Assembly (NCBI GenBank): GCA_010093605.1
Contig: MU004192.1
Location: 1,521,112-1,553,376 of the forward strand
Source of the DNA: Lophium mytilinum
Taxonomy: Eukaryota
Reading direction: 5' to 3'
DNA length: 32,265 nucleotides
Below are positions 20,887-30,661 of the stretch, one piece after another. The position numbers were made by a program, and so were the translations under genes. Under the pieces are notes generated by a model. It had not been told where the DNA came from, did not search any database, and worked only from the letters and a program-made list of their open reading frames with translations. How positions within the stretch are numbered: the first letter of the stretch is position 1; each line of letters starts with the position of its first letter.

Positions 20887-22143
20887 TCACAGCATCGGCG
20901 AAGGTGGGATGTCTGTGGGGAAGCAAGCCCATGCGCTCTGTGCTTGTGTAGCTGCCCTCCCATCACTCATGTGAGCAAAGTAGATCCGCCTAGAGACCTT
21001 CCGTTCACCGCAAGACAGGGACATCCAGAAGCTCTTCTGTCCTGCTATCCTTTGTTGAATCTCTCGGGCTTCCTCCTGCATTAGGTTAGAGAAGGTAGCG
21101 CTCAGAGCTTGTTGTGATGATTGAGCAGAGTTCGGCGAGAAATATACTAAAGCACGAATGCCGATTCGATCGAGGGCAGACCAAGCGATCTCTGGGGTGG
21201 CTAAAGGGTCTTCGACTAAGACGAAGCAATCCTGGTAGGATGAGTAGACTTCTTTGATCCTGTCGGACAAAACAGTCACCTTCATATCGAGATCTTCCCC
21301 TTCAGTCTCGGAATCTGGTTTTGCTAGAGCTTCGGCAACGTTGTTTGAGTCCGTGTCATATTCTTCGTTGACAAAACTGAACCAGTCAAAATCCGCAAAT
21401 GATGGAGCGATTGTTCCCGGACCTCCAGCTATTGGGGCTCCCGATGTCCGGGCGGCTTTTTGGACAGCCAGACTCCGAATACTTTCTGTCATGTCAAGCT
21501 GAGAGCATAGCAACAAAGCAGAATCCGTTTTGTTTGCTTGCCAGAGCTCTGTACACCACTCCAAGACGAAACCAGGTCGCGCATGGTCGCGCACCGTGGT
21601 TTCCAGTCTGAATTCCTCGCCTCTAGAAGACGGGCGGTTGAGGAACATACAGCCTCCTACTCGTAAACCCCGTGGGCCTAGACGGAAGGCTTCCGAATGA
21701 AATTTGATAGGGTTGCCCATGATAGAGGTTTCCGCGACGCATAGAGAGCTGAAAAGCTCATCCAGCACGAGGCCTTCGGACTTATGGACGGGCTTCGACG
21801 AGTTCGAACCAACGGATGGAGTTTTCCAGTAGCAAATGGCATTCTTGACCTCTTCACTTCTTGCAAAGTCGAGGCTAAGGAAATCGACATCAGAAGCGGA
21901 TAGATCAGAAACTGACCAGCAGTTCTTAGAGCTAATCGAGGAAGGCCAGGTGCGTGTAGTAGAAGAGGAAACGGTCGACGCATCCGTCGTATCAGACATG
22001 CTGATACTAGAATCGCTACCGCTCATACCACTAGCCGTAGAGTTTGAACGCATTCGACCCGTCTCTCGTGTTGGCGAGCTCAATGATGGAGGATTGCCAA
22101 ACAATTGGGGCACGGAAGCAACGCAAAACTCTTTCTCAGGCAT
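20887..22143 (-). CDS. Degenerate LOV/PAS-domain protein
   Basis: Single ORF, first ATG at 22143 (MPEKEF, 418 aa). Ser-rich N-terminus, then SLCVAETSIMGNPIKFHSEAF...VGGCMFLN...LLLCSQLDMT, resembling the LOV consensus (FCVTD...NPI.F.SE.F, GRNCRFLQ, FIG.Q.DVT). Confidence 0.68.
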   Translation of the reverse strand: MPEKEFCVASVPQLFGNPPSLSSPTRETGRMRSNSTASGMSGSDSSISMSDTTDASTVSSSTTRTWPSSISSKNCWSVSDLSASDVDFLSLDFARSEEVKNAICYWKTPSVGSNSSKPVHKSEGLVLDELFSSLCVAETSIMGNPIKFHSEAFRLGPRGLRVGGCMFLNRPSSRGEEFRLETTVRDHARPGFVLEWCTELWQANKTDSALLLCSQLDMTESIRSLAVQKAARTSGAPIAGGPGTIAPSFADFDWFSFVNEEYDTDSNNVAEALAKPDSETEGEDLDMKVTVLSDRIKEVYSSYQDCFVLVEDPLATPEIAWSALDRIGIRALVYFSPNSAQSSQQALSATFSNLMQEEAREIQQRIAGQKSFWMSLSCGERKVSRRIYFAHMSDGRAATQAQSAWACFPTDIPPSPML

Positions 22144-22599
22144 CTTAGTAGACAGTGCGAAACGATCGTCTTCTTTTGCCGTGAAGCAAGGCTTGGGGGA
22201 TTGTAGAACTTGAATGAGGATCCAGGAGTGTGATGACGATGACGATGACGACGAGTGCAGGGTTTCATCTTGCGATACAATCAAGATCAATACTTATACG
22301 CTCCACAGTCGACGCATTGTGTACCGACATTGTCTCACTTGAGTATAATTCCTTAAAGCGTGTTCGGAGACAAAGAAGTTTAGAAGCGTGAGAACAAAGC
22401 CATGGTCTAGAAGTGAGACGGTCTGAAACAGCTCGAGTGATAAAACAAGTGATAAACGCGTGTTCCTACATTCCGCGGTCCTAGGTGGCATCGCGACCTA
22501 GCAGGTTGCTCGAAAGGATAATCAGAGCAGTGTGTACAGATATATAACGAAATAGTATAAGTTCTATCTTCACTATTCACCTTCATAATCAGAGGACCC

Positions 22600-23829
22600 C
22601 TAGGCCCTGAGAAACTTGACAACTGCGTCTCTGCCTTGGGATTTAGAGGTTGCTTCAGTGTGAAGAGCGCCCTGAACATCATGCCTTGTAAGGTTGAATT
22701 TTAGTTGCCGACATAGACGTTGGAGGTCGTCTGCCTGGTCAGAAGGAACAATCTCGTCTCGACCAGCCGTGATAAGCAATATTGGCATACTTGCACCCGC
22801 AGGAGTTATAGCTATGGCCCGCAGTGCCTCTTCATTGTCCCACCAGTTCCATAGGAAGGGTGAGAGGTAGCGGTATGGCAGCCACTTCTGAGGGTACAGA
22901 CTTACTAGCATGCGTTTGATGCTAACAAAGGGTGTCTCCAATATGATGCCGTGAAGCTGGAGGTTCCTTGACTCATTAGATTGGAGCAGACGAGAAGCAG
23001 CTCCAGCTGCAACCGACGCCCCGATACTCTGGCCCCAGAGGACTAATTTTGGGCGACTTCTCGTGGAATGATCCTCGAACCGGGTTTGGGCCCAGGCTAT
23101 GGCTGCGTCAGCATCCATCTCAATCCCTCTTTGAGATGCTCTGCCTTGAGAAGTCCAGAAACCCCTGTAGGACACAGCGACGAGCGTGTACTGGTTGCCG
23201 GGATTGAGAGAGTTCAACACTTTAGAAAGCGTCGGCAATCGAGGCGGAAGGGAAGAGGCGTTCCTGTGTGTCGTGAGCGGACTGAATCCTCTTATTTGAT
23301 TTTCTGCATCCGGCCTGACCTACCCTTGAAAGTAGAGTACGACAACGTGGCTGGAGCTCGGTCCTGCAGAAGTACCATGAGTTTCGTCTTGTAGCTGGCC
23401 TATACACAGGGAAATTCGAGTCCCGTCTATCGAGGTGATCCGTTGTTCCTCCCAATGAACCGAACCACACGTGCGGGTATAATCTGCGATCTTCTCCCGT
23501 CGGGAATAGGGTGGTACGGACGGCATATAAATGATTTTGTTCTGAAAGAGGATCATCATGCAGCATTTGTAGAACCACAGTGTTAAAGCAAGGCCGACAA
23601 AGACCACCGGAGGCGTGATGACTGGTATTATCGCAATGCTAGAGAAGTGCCGTTTGTATGCCTCAATTGCAGGAGCGCATGGGCATACGACGCGTCCGCG
23701 TGAACGGTGATGGTCGAGAGGCAGCAAGTTGGAGGGAACAACGCATGTCAGTCGGCATTTTCGGAGGCTGTGCAGGGTCTGGCGCATATATATACGAGAG
23801 GAAATGGGAGTGTAGACCTTGGAGAGCAT
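22600..23829 (-). CDS. BEM46/ABHD13-like alpha/beta hydrolase, 2 exons
   Basis: Intron 23323..23264 joins LYFQG|NASS. Motifs FQNKIIY, SYRGFW.S.G, LWGQSIG, LETPF.S, G.DEIVP, GALH, plus a TM segment. Start uncertain (23865, 23829 or 23787). Confidence 0.9.
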
Positions 23830-23923
23830 GCTCAAGGGGGCCGATGCTGGCTCTGCATTGTTCAAGTTTTGGTGTTGAAGCGTGACGCGGAAAAAGAAAA
23901 CGCGACGTCAAATATTCTAAACG

Positions 23924-23930
23924 ATGACTC
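23924..23930 (+). promoter_or_regulatory. Gcn4/CpcA cross-pathway control site (ATGACTC) in the short bidirectional promoter
   Basis: TGACTC core ~125 bp upstream of the HIS4 ATG, as expected for amino-acid biosynthesis genes. Confidence 0.55.
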
Positions 23931-24052
23931 TCTCTCCGAAAGCGGCGTGCCCCACCACCGAACTCTGTCATCGGTTTTTTCTTTCTCTGCGTTCTCTTCT
24001 CCAATTCAACCCTCTATACAGCACTTCCTGCGAGAGCAGGACTCACGACAGC

Positions 24053-26957
24053 ATGACGTCTACATTTCTCACCTCAATCGATCTCGCGAGCTACGCCAAT
24101 CCCTCCAGCGGCCCCGACTTCAACGCACTCGGTCTCGTCGGCCACGTCTTCACCAAAGTCGACCCAGCTGCCATTGACAATGCGTTCCTCTACCTGCAGC
24201 GTACGATTGGCCTTGTATCGACGTACTTCGATGTCACGTCGCTGGCCTCAGTCGACGAGATTGTGTCGCTCCTAGATTCTGGCGCTTCGAAAGTCTTCGT
24301 GACGCGCCCCCAATTGGATCAACTTGTTTCTGCCAACATATCCCAGGAGAGGCTGGTGCTTGCTATGCCTGGGAACACAAGAGATGAAGTCATAAACGCC
24401 ATCGCTGGGACCGCAGTGGACGTCTATTCCCACCAGGTGCACGATGTAGAGCTGGTTGAAGCATGGCTCAAGGAGTACGGCACAGACCGACCTGAGGTCT
24501 ACGCCTCGTTCCTCGAGCCTAGCCTTGACAGTGCACTGCGCATATCCCGTCTCTCTGCGATTCCGATCCTGCCCGTAAATCTTCTCACTGTGGACCCCAA
24601 GGCTCAACCAGAGCTAATCAGCGTCGCCAAAATTCTGCTCGCAAATGCTACGAGTGACAGACCCGATGGACTCTTCACGACTCTTGTTGCAGATGAGCGA
24701 GGAGTGGCATTAGGCCTCGTATACAGTAATGAAGAAAGCGTTTCGGAGAGTCTAAGAACGGGGCGTGGTGTATACCAAAGCCGGAAACGTGGACTGTGGT
24801 ACAAAGGTGAAAGCAGTGGTGACGTCCAGGAGCTGGTAAGCATCAGCTTGGATTGCGATCATGACTGCTTGCGATTCATCGTAAAGCAAAAGGGCAGAGG
24901 TATGGCCTACAGAATTACATCTCGTCAAACACGAAGATAACCATCCACAGGGTTCTGCCATTTGGCTACTGCGACATGTTTTGGCCAGTATCGCGGTCTT
25001 TCCCGCCTACAACAGACCCTCCAGGAGCGTAAGGAGTCCGCACCGGAAGGCTCGTACACAGCTCGGCTGTTCAATGATTCAAAATTGTTGAATGCCAAGA
25101 TAATAGAGGAAGCAAATGAGTTGTGCGAGGCCAACACGAAATCTGAGACAGCTTTTGAAGCCGCAGATCTAATCTACTTTACCCTAACTAAATGCGTAGC
25201 TGCTGGCGTAACCCTGGAAGACGTTGAAAGAAATCTTGATGCGAAAAGCGTTAAGGTAAAGAGAAGGAGAGGGGATGCCAAGCCGCAGTATACATCCCAA
25301 GCAGTGGTGGCTGGTGGGCAAAGTAATGGCAATACGGCAAAGGAAGCCGTCAAGGAAGCAGCCTCTGTTCCGAAGAGTCAATCGGACCAAGCGGGGCTTC
25401 AAGCAGGCAGGATACAGATGAAGCGATACATCACGTCTGAGCAGTCCCCTCAGACAATCGAAGCTGTACTACAGCGGCCTTCACAAAAATCTGGCGAGCA
25501 GATCATGGGAATCGTTCGCCCAATCATTGACGCAGTTAAGTCTCGAGGGGATGCTGCACTACTGGAGTACACGCAAAAGTTCGACAAGGCAACTTCGCTC
25601 AGCTCGCCAGTCCTCCACGCTCCATTTCATCCATCGCTGATGCAGCTGCCTCCTGAGACAATAAAAGCCATCGACATCTCGTTCGAGAATATCAGAAAGT
25701 TTCACGCCGCCCAAAAGGAAGACAAACCGCTTTCCGTTGAAACTATGCCTGGGGTCGTCTGCTCTCGGTTTTCCCGTGCGATTGAACGTGTCGGCCTCTA
25801 CGTGCCTGGCGGTACTGCCGTTTTGCCATCGACAGCGATGATGCTGGGAGTGCCTGCCATGGTGGCGGGCTGTAAAAAGATTGTGATTGCGTCGCCACCG
25901 AGACCCGATGGATCCATTACCCCTGAGATTGTTTATGTTGCGCATAAGGTTGGAGCTGAAAGCATCCTCTTAGCTGGGGGCGCCCAAGCGGTTGCGGCCC
26001 TCGCTTACGGAACGGAGAGTGTGTCTAAGGTTGACAAAATCTTAGGGCCAGGCAACCAATTCGTTACCGCGGCGAAGATGTTTGTATCCAACGATACTAG
26101 CGCCGGGGTGAGCATAGATATGCCTGCCGGCCCCAGTGAGGTTCTGGTCATTGCGGACGCATCAGCAAATCCTGCTTTCGTGGCGTCGGATCTTCTCAGT
26201 CAAGCGGAGCACGGCGTTGATTCTCAGGTTATACTCATCGCAGTAGACCTGACCCAAGGTCAACTCGGAGCAATCGAAGACGAATTGCACGCACAAGCCA
26301 ATGCTCTGCCGCGCGTGGATATTGTTAGAGGAGCGATTGAACACTCGGTGACACTCGTCGTAAAAGACATCGTCGAAGCAATGAGGCTCAGCAACCTCTA
26401 TGCCCCCGAGCATCTCATCTTACAGGTGCAGAATGCTGAGGGCGTCGTTGCCTTAGTCGAGAATGCTGGTAGTGTGTTCATTGGAGAGTGGACACCAGAG
26501 AGCGTGGGTGATTACTCTGCAGGCGTCAACCATTCGCTGCGTAAGTGACAAGTCCAACTTTACAGCACGAGTATTACTATTGTGTATATTAGCATGCTAA
26601 CCTGAAGCTGCAGCGACGTATGGTTATGCCAAACAATACTCAGGAGTAAATCTAGGCTCCTATATCAAGCACATCACTAGTTCCCAGTTGACACTAGAGG
26701 GGCTGCGTAATGTAGGAGGTGCAGTAATGCAGCTAGCGAAGGTCGAAGAACTAGAGGCGCATCGTAGAGCGGTCGGAATCCGACTAGGTGAGTTGTATTA
26801 CTAGATAGGGTCGGAGGCCTATTATGAGTGCAATACTTGCTCGTTCGAGCAATCATATGTGCTCAGCATCCAAAAGTCTGGGTATGTGTGCTACGTAGGT
26901 GAGAAAAAAAGTCTGAACTAAAACTACCTCCTTCTTTTAGCAGGCAATACAATATAG
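24053..26957 (+). CDS. HIS4: Trifunctional histidine biosynthesis protein (PRA-CH / PRA-PH / histidinol dehydrogenase)
   Basis: Exons 24053..24899, 24951..26540 and 26614..26787, then either a spliced tail 26941..26957 or the unspliced stop at 26804. Motifs YQSRKRGLWYKGESSG, DCDHD, FCH, SYTARLF, EAADL, VGLYVPGG, GPGN, DMPAGPSE, SQAEH, APEHL, GDYSAGVNHSLPT, LEAH. Confidence 0.97.
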
Positions 26958-27506
26958 CTACCACTTTCCAGGAGATTGTACCTATAACGCGCTCTTCATA
27001 TAATACGCTCCTTTTATTTGCACCGGAATCACATGGACCCCATCACGTGTCCTTGTTACATAAACCCCGCTTAGCGTTAGAGGCCAGCGGCCTACCTCTC
27101 GGCCGGCCCTCTGCGCCCTCTTCTTACACCTTCGTCTGAATACACAGCATAATGAGGTCGTCTTTCTCAATACTCGTATTGCACCGTAACATTCTTTCTA
27201 ACAATAGCCCAATGTTATCTTAGATAGGCTGCTACTTCTTAGGAAGTGTAACTAGCGGGAAATCGCATCTGTCCACCCTCGATCCTTATCTCCACTCTCA
27301 TTCCTTGCCCAATAATTATACCAAGCGTTAAGAACTATACCCAACGGAGTTTATACTGGAGTACAGCTCGGCCTCCGCACACGGCTATTTGCTGTCGCGA
27401 CGCCATCTCTCCCCGACGGAGACTCACCAATCCTATCTTCGGATCATGACTATGCTATGGCTGGATGAAGCCTAATGCTGGTTCTCGGTACTGCCGCGTT
27501 CGCTTC

Positions 27507-29076
27507 TCAAGTAACCCAGTCATTACCATCTTCCGCATCACACGATATATCCATCTCTTTCACGTAATCTGAAAACCTCTCTATCATCCAGCCTGACCGA
27601 ACGGAGCTGGTAATTTGAGCATCAGCGCCATCGCTTCACGCAACCATCTTTGAGCGCAGACAACCCCCAGCTGCATTGGAATACTCTAGACACTGCGAGG
27701 TTGCCTTGTATCCTTGCTTGACTTCGTTCGAGATGGAGCATCTGCCAGCGGCATACGAAAACTGGAGGCAACTAGGTTTGGTTTCGCAAATAGCCTTACA
27801 GTTCTGAAAAGATTTTGGACCCTCTTTCTCAGCCTGCGAAAGACCCCGCATCTGCTCATCTGACAGCTTTAAAAATGCGTCTCCGCTGTACTCCGTCCCG
27901 ATAGACAGGTTATCCCAATCGCTGCGCTCGGCAGGAAGCTGAGAGAGGATAAAATCTTTGAATACGTCGCGGTGTCGCATAGTGGTAGCGGAGTTGCCAG
28001 CCCGGAGATGCCAGTCCTGCTCAAACTTCCACAGCATGCGCACTTCATCGTGGCGCATGTGATGATAGGTAACCGGAGCAAAGCACCAGGGCTTCTTGTC
28101 GGCCTTGGTGATGTTATAATCCAGCGCCGACACGGTATCGCCCTGAAAATGCGGGAACGCCCAAAATAAGTGTATGTTGACATCATTTAGCGCTTTACCT
28201 AGTACCACGTCGCCTGCCCACTCTTTATTCGTGTACTGCGCATACTCATCCACATGTGCCCTCCAGTGTTCCGTTACTCTGCGAACGGCGGTGTTTGAGA
28301 GCGCGAATCCGGATCCACCATGCGCAAAGAGGACATCACCAATATACATATGCTTGCCAATGTAGTGTGGTTCGCTTGGGTCGAACTTGGCGAGATATTG
28401 CAATAGATTCGGCCAGATGATGTATGTATCCGGCTCGATGAAGACGAACCACTTTGCATCCGGCTGATAGCGCAGCGCCTTGTTGACCATGGGCAAGAAC
28501 TTCCACTTGTCGAGCTTCCAGCCTGGGTTCTGTATCGCGCCGGCAGGGCCGCTGCCAAATTTAATAGTGCTGTTCAGTCCTTCTCTTCCGTGCAATCGGA
28601 GACGATTGTATAGCTCGAACTCTGGGACTGTGTTCTTGAGTGTGTCATCGACTTCATCGAGTACATCGTAGATATGGCGGCCATGGACATCTTCTTCGAA
28701 GTCAGAGTAGATGATGTGATTATGGACGCAGCGGAGAGTAGTGTCAAAATGCACCGGGAACTTCTCAAGCACTTCCGTGGCTCCTGTTCTAAACACAAGC
28801 AAGATATCTTTCGACAGAGGGAATCCCGGGCAATGAGGTCCAGTATCTTGCTCAGATGGTTTGACCAAAGGTGACGAAAACGATTTGACCAAAGGTGATG
28901 AGAATGATTTGACCATAGGTGACTGACGGAACTGGCGAGCGGTGGAGAAAATGATACAGCACCAAGCAAGCTGCAAATGCAAGTAGAGTAATGCGGTGGC
29001 GTCGTCGGAGAATAACGCTGGGACCAGACCAGTGCTTGTTCCACCGCCCCTCAGGACCCTTCAGATCTCTGGACAT
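27507..29076 (-). pseudogene. GT31 (Fringe-like/beta-1,3-glycosyltransferase) gene with an apparent frameshift and premature stop
   Basis: Type II anchor (MSRDLK...RRRHRITLLAFAACLVLYHF) from ATG 29076 is out of frame with the catalytic ORF (RTGATE, IYSD, GWKLDKWKFLPM, WFVFIEPDTY, FAHGGSG, WAGD, TYHH, WDN). TGA at 27636-27638 is followed in frame by SGWMIERF...M..SC...W and a stop at 27507. Confidence 0.8.
28860..28923. repeat. 24-bp tandem repeat x2.7 in the GT31 stem region
   Basis: TTTGACCAAAGGTGACGAAAACGA / TTTGACCAAAGGTGATGAGAATGA / TTTGACCATAGGTGAC, encoding VKSFSSPL repeats on the minus strand. Confidence 0.9.
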
Positions 29077-29164
29077 AATGTAATAAGGAAAAGGTAGGAG
29101 ACAATGGGAAAACGCTGTCGCGACGTTTGCCCGCGTAAGAGAGTCATTTTCATTAAAAAACGAA

Positions 29165-29255
29165 ACCTACGGCGCGTAGCTGTAGATTGCGGCACAGTAT
29201 GCAACGCCTCAACCCTAGGCACCTCACGGCGCGTAGCTAGTGTTGCGGCACAGTA
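29165..29255. repeat. 35-bp imperfect direct repeat upstream of GT31
   Basis: ACCTACGGCGCGTAGCTGTAGATTGCGGCACAGTA (29165..29199) and ACCTCACGGCGCGTAGCTAGTGTTGCGGCACAGTA (29221..29255). Confidence 0.85.
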
Positions 29256-30294
29256 CTCAAATAGCAAACCCTTCGCTACGATACTGCGGAATCTTTTTTC
29301 TACACCGTCAAGATTTGAAGTGAGAGATGAGAATACCGAGAACCTTTGCATCGACCTCAAGTTTTGGTGAACGGCTCCTTCGAATTTCCTAGGGCATATT
29401 CCCTTACTTCTAGGAAAGGTTCTACCGTAAATGTTTCATGGGCGACACAGTATCCTAGCATCAATCTGTACTCTTACTAGAGAGGCAAGGTGGCCAACAG
29501 TCCAAATAGTTGCTGAGTGACTCTGCAGCAACTTCAACCAGTGAAGCGTGGACTGATAGAAGACAGCCAAGTTAGCACTCGACTGGTACCAATGGGAGGT
29601 CTTGGCCGTTGAGACCAATCTCACGGTACCCTATATGGTCCAAATCGTGAATGGACACGGAACGCGGTAGGAGTCGACAGGTGGAGACTTCTGGGGGAGC
29701 AGCTAGTATGTACATATAGCCGGACAAACTAGAGTAGCCATCGGCTTTCTCAAGCACTCATCAACCGCTTCCTTCCTCAAGCACTCCCTCTCCTGCTTTG
29801 TCGACCTCTTTGCCGTTGTTGACAAGCAACATTCTTGTGTCTACCTCCTCGTCAATTACAGCTCAACATAACCTACTGCCGTTGGCAATTGAGGCAATAG
29901 CACAAACGGCGTCGTTGGCTTAAGCATTGCCGTGAGCATAATATTGATTGGCATTGCTACATGTTCTCTTTCATAACTCAGGCGTCGACGCCGCAAAACC
30001 TCTAAAGCATTCGTGGCCTCGCTGCTATCCCCCGCTAGCGAAGTTTTTACTGAATATGGGCAGTTCATGCTATTGCGCCTTTAGAGCTGCAAGACATAAG
30101 TCCGTGCTACGAACTGCCGGTTTTAGAAACTAAGAGGCAGACAATGGCGCAAGTTGAGTGGGGTTCAAGGCAAGGCAGGATAATTTGAGCATTATCTAAA
30201 CGGCGTGATTATAGTTACAACAGCGCACAGAGACAATGACTATATGCAGGGGTGGAGTTTAGTAGCTTAGGTGTACAAGTGTACTTATCTATAT

Positions 30295-30558
30295 TGTCAA
30301 AGGTATAGAGTCGATGGGAGAATAGATGGATAGATAGATAGATAGGAATTGTATTGCTTGAGCTCTATTCTACATTAACAGCAACAGAGTTGTATATATA
30401 CAGCAATTAATGCATTATAAAATGTTTCTCTAACGTTCTTGTAACGTTATCTAACGTTCGTTGTATCACGTTCAAACGCTCACGGTTTTATTCCCTTTAA
30501 TAGCTTTTAAGCCTATTATGCGTAAGGATATAACGCTTATGCTATTATAATCCTTACA
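30295..30558 (-). repeat. 3' LTR of the second element (264 bp, least RIP-affected copy)
   Basis: TGTCAAAGG...TCCTTACA on the plus strand; retains many CpA/TpG sites lost in other copies. Confidence 0.95.
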
Positions 30559-30603
30559 CACTCCCTTAAGCGTTATATGCTTATTTTATATATTCTTTTT
30601 TAA

Positions 30604-30661
<58 letters not shown>

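Noticed and set aside
23924..24052. 43-aa in-frame N-terminal extension of HIS4
   Set aside because: The ATG lies within the TGACTC promoter motif and the extension crosses a pyrimidine-rich promoter tract; 24053 is the more plausible start.
29400..30290. Short ORFs between GT31 and the second element
   Set aside because: No recognisable motifs or consistent splice structure; cannot support a gene or pseudogene call.
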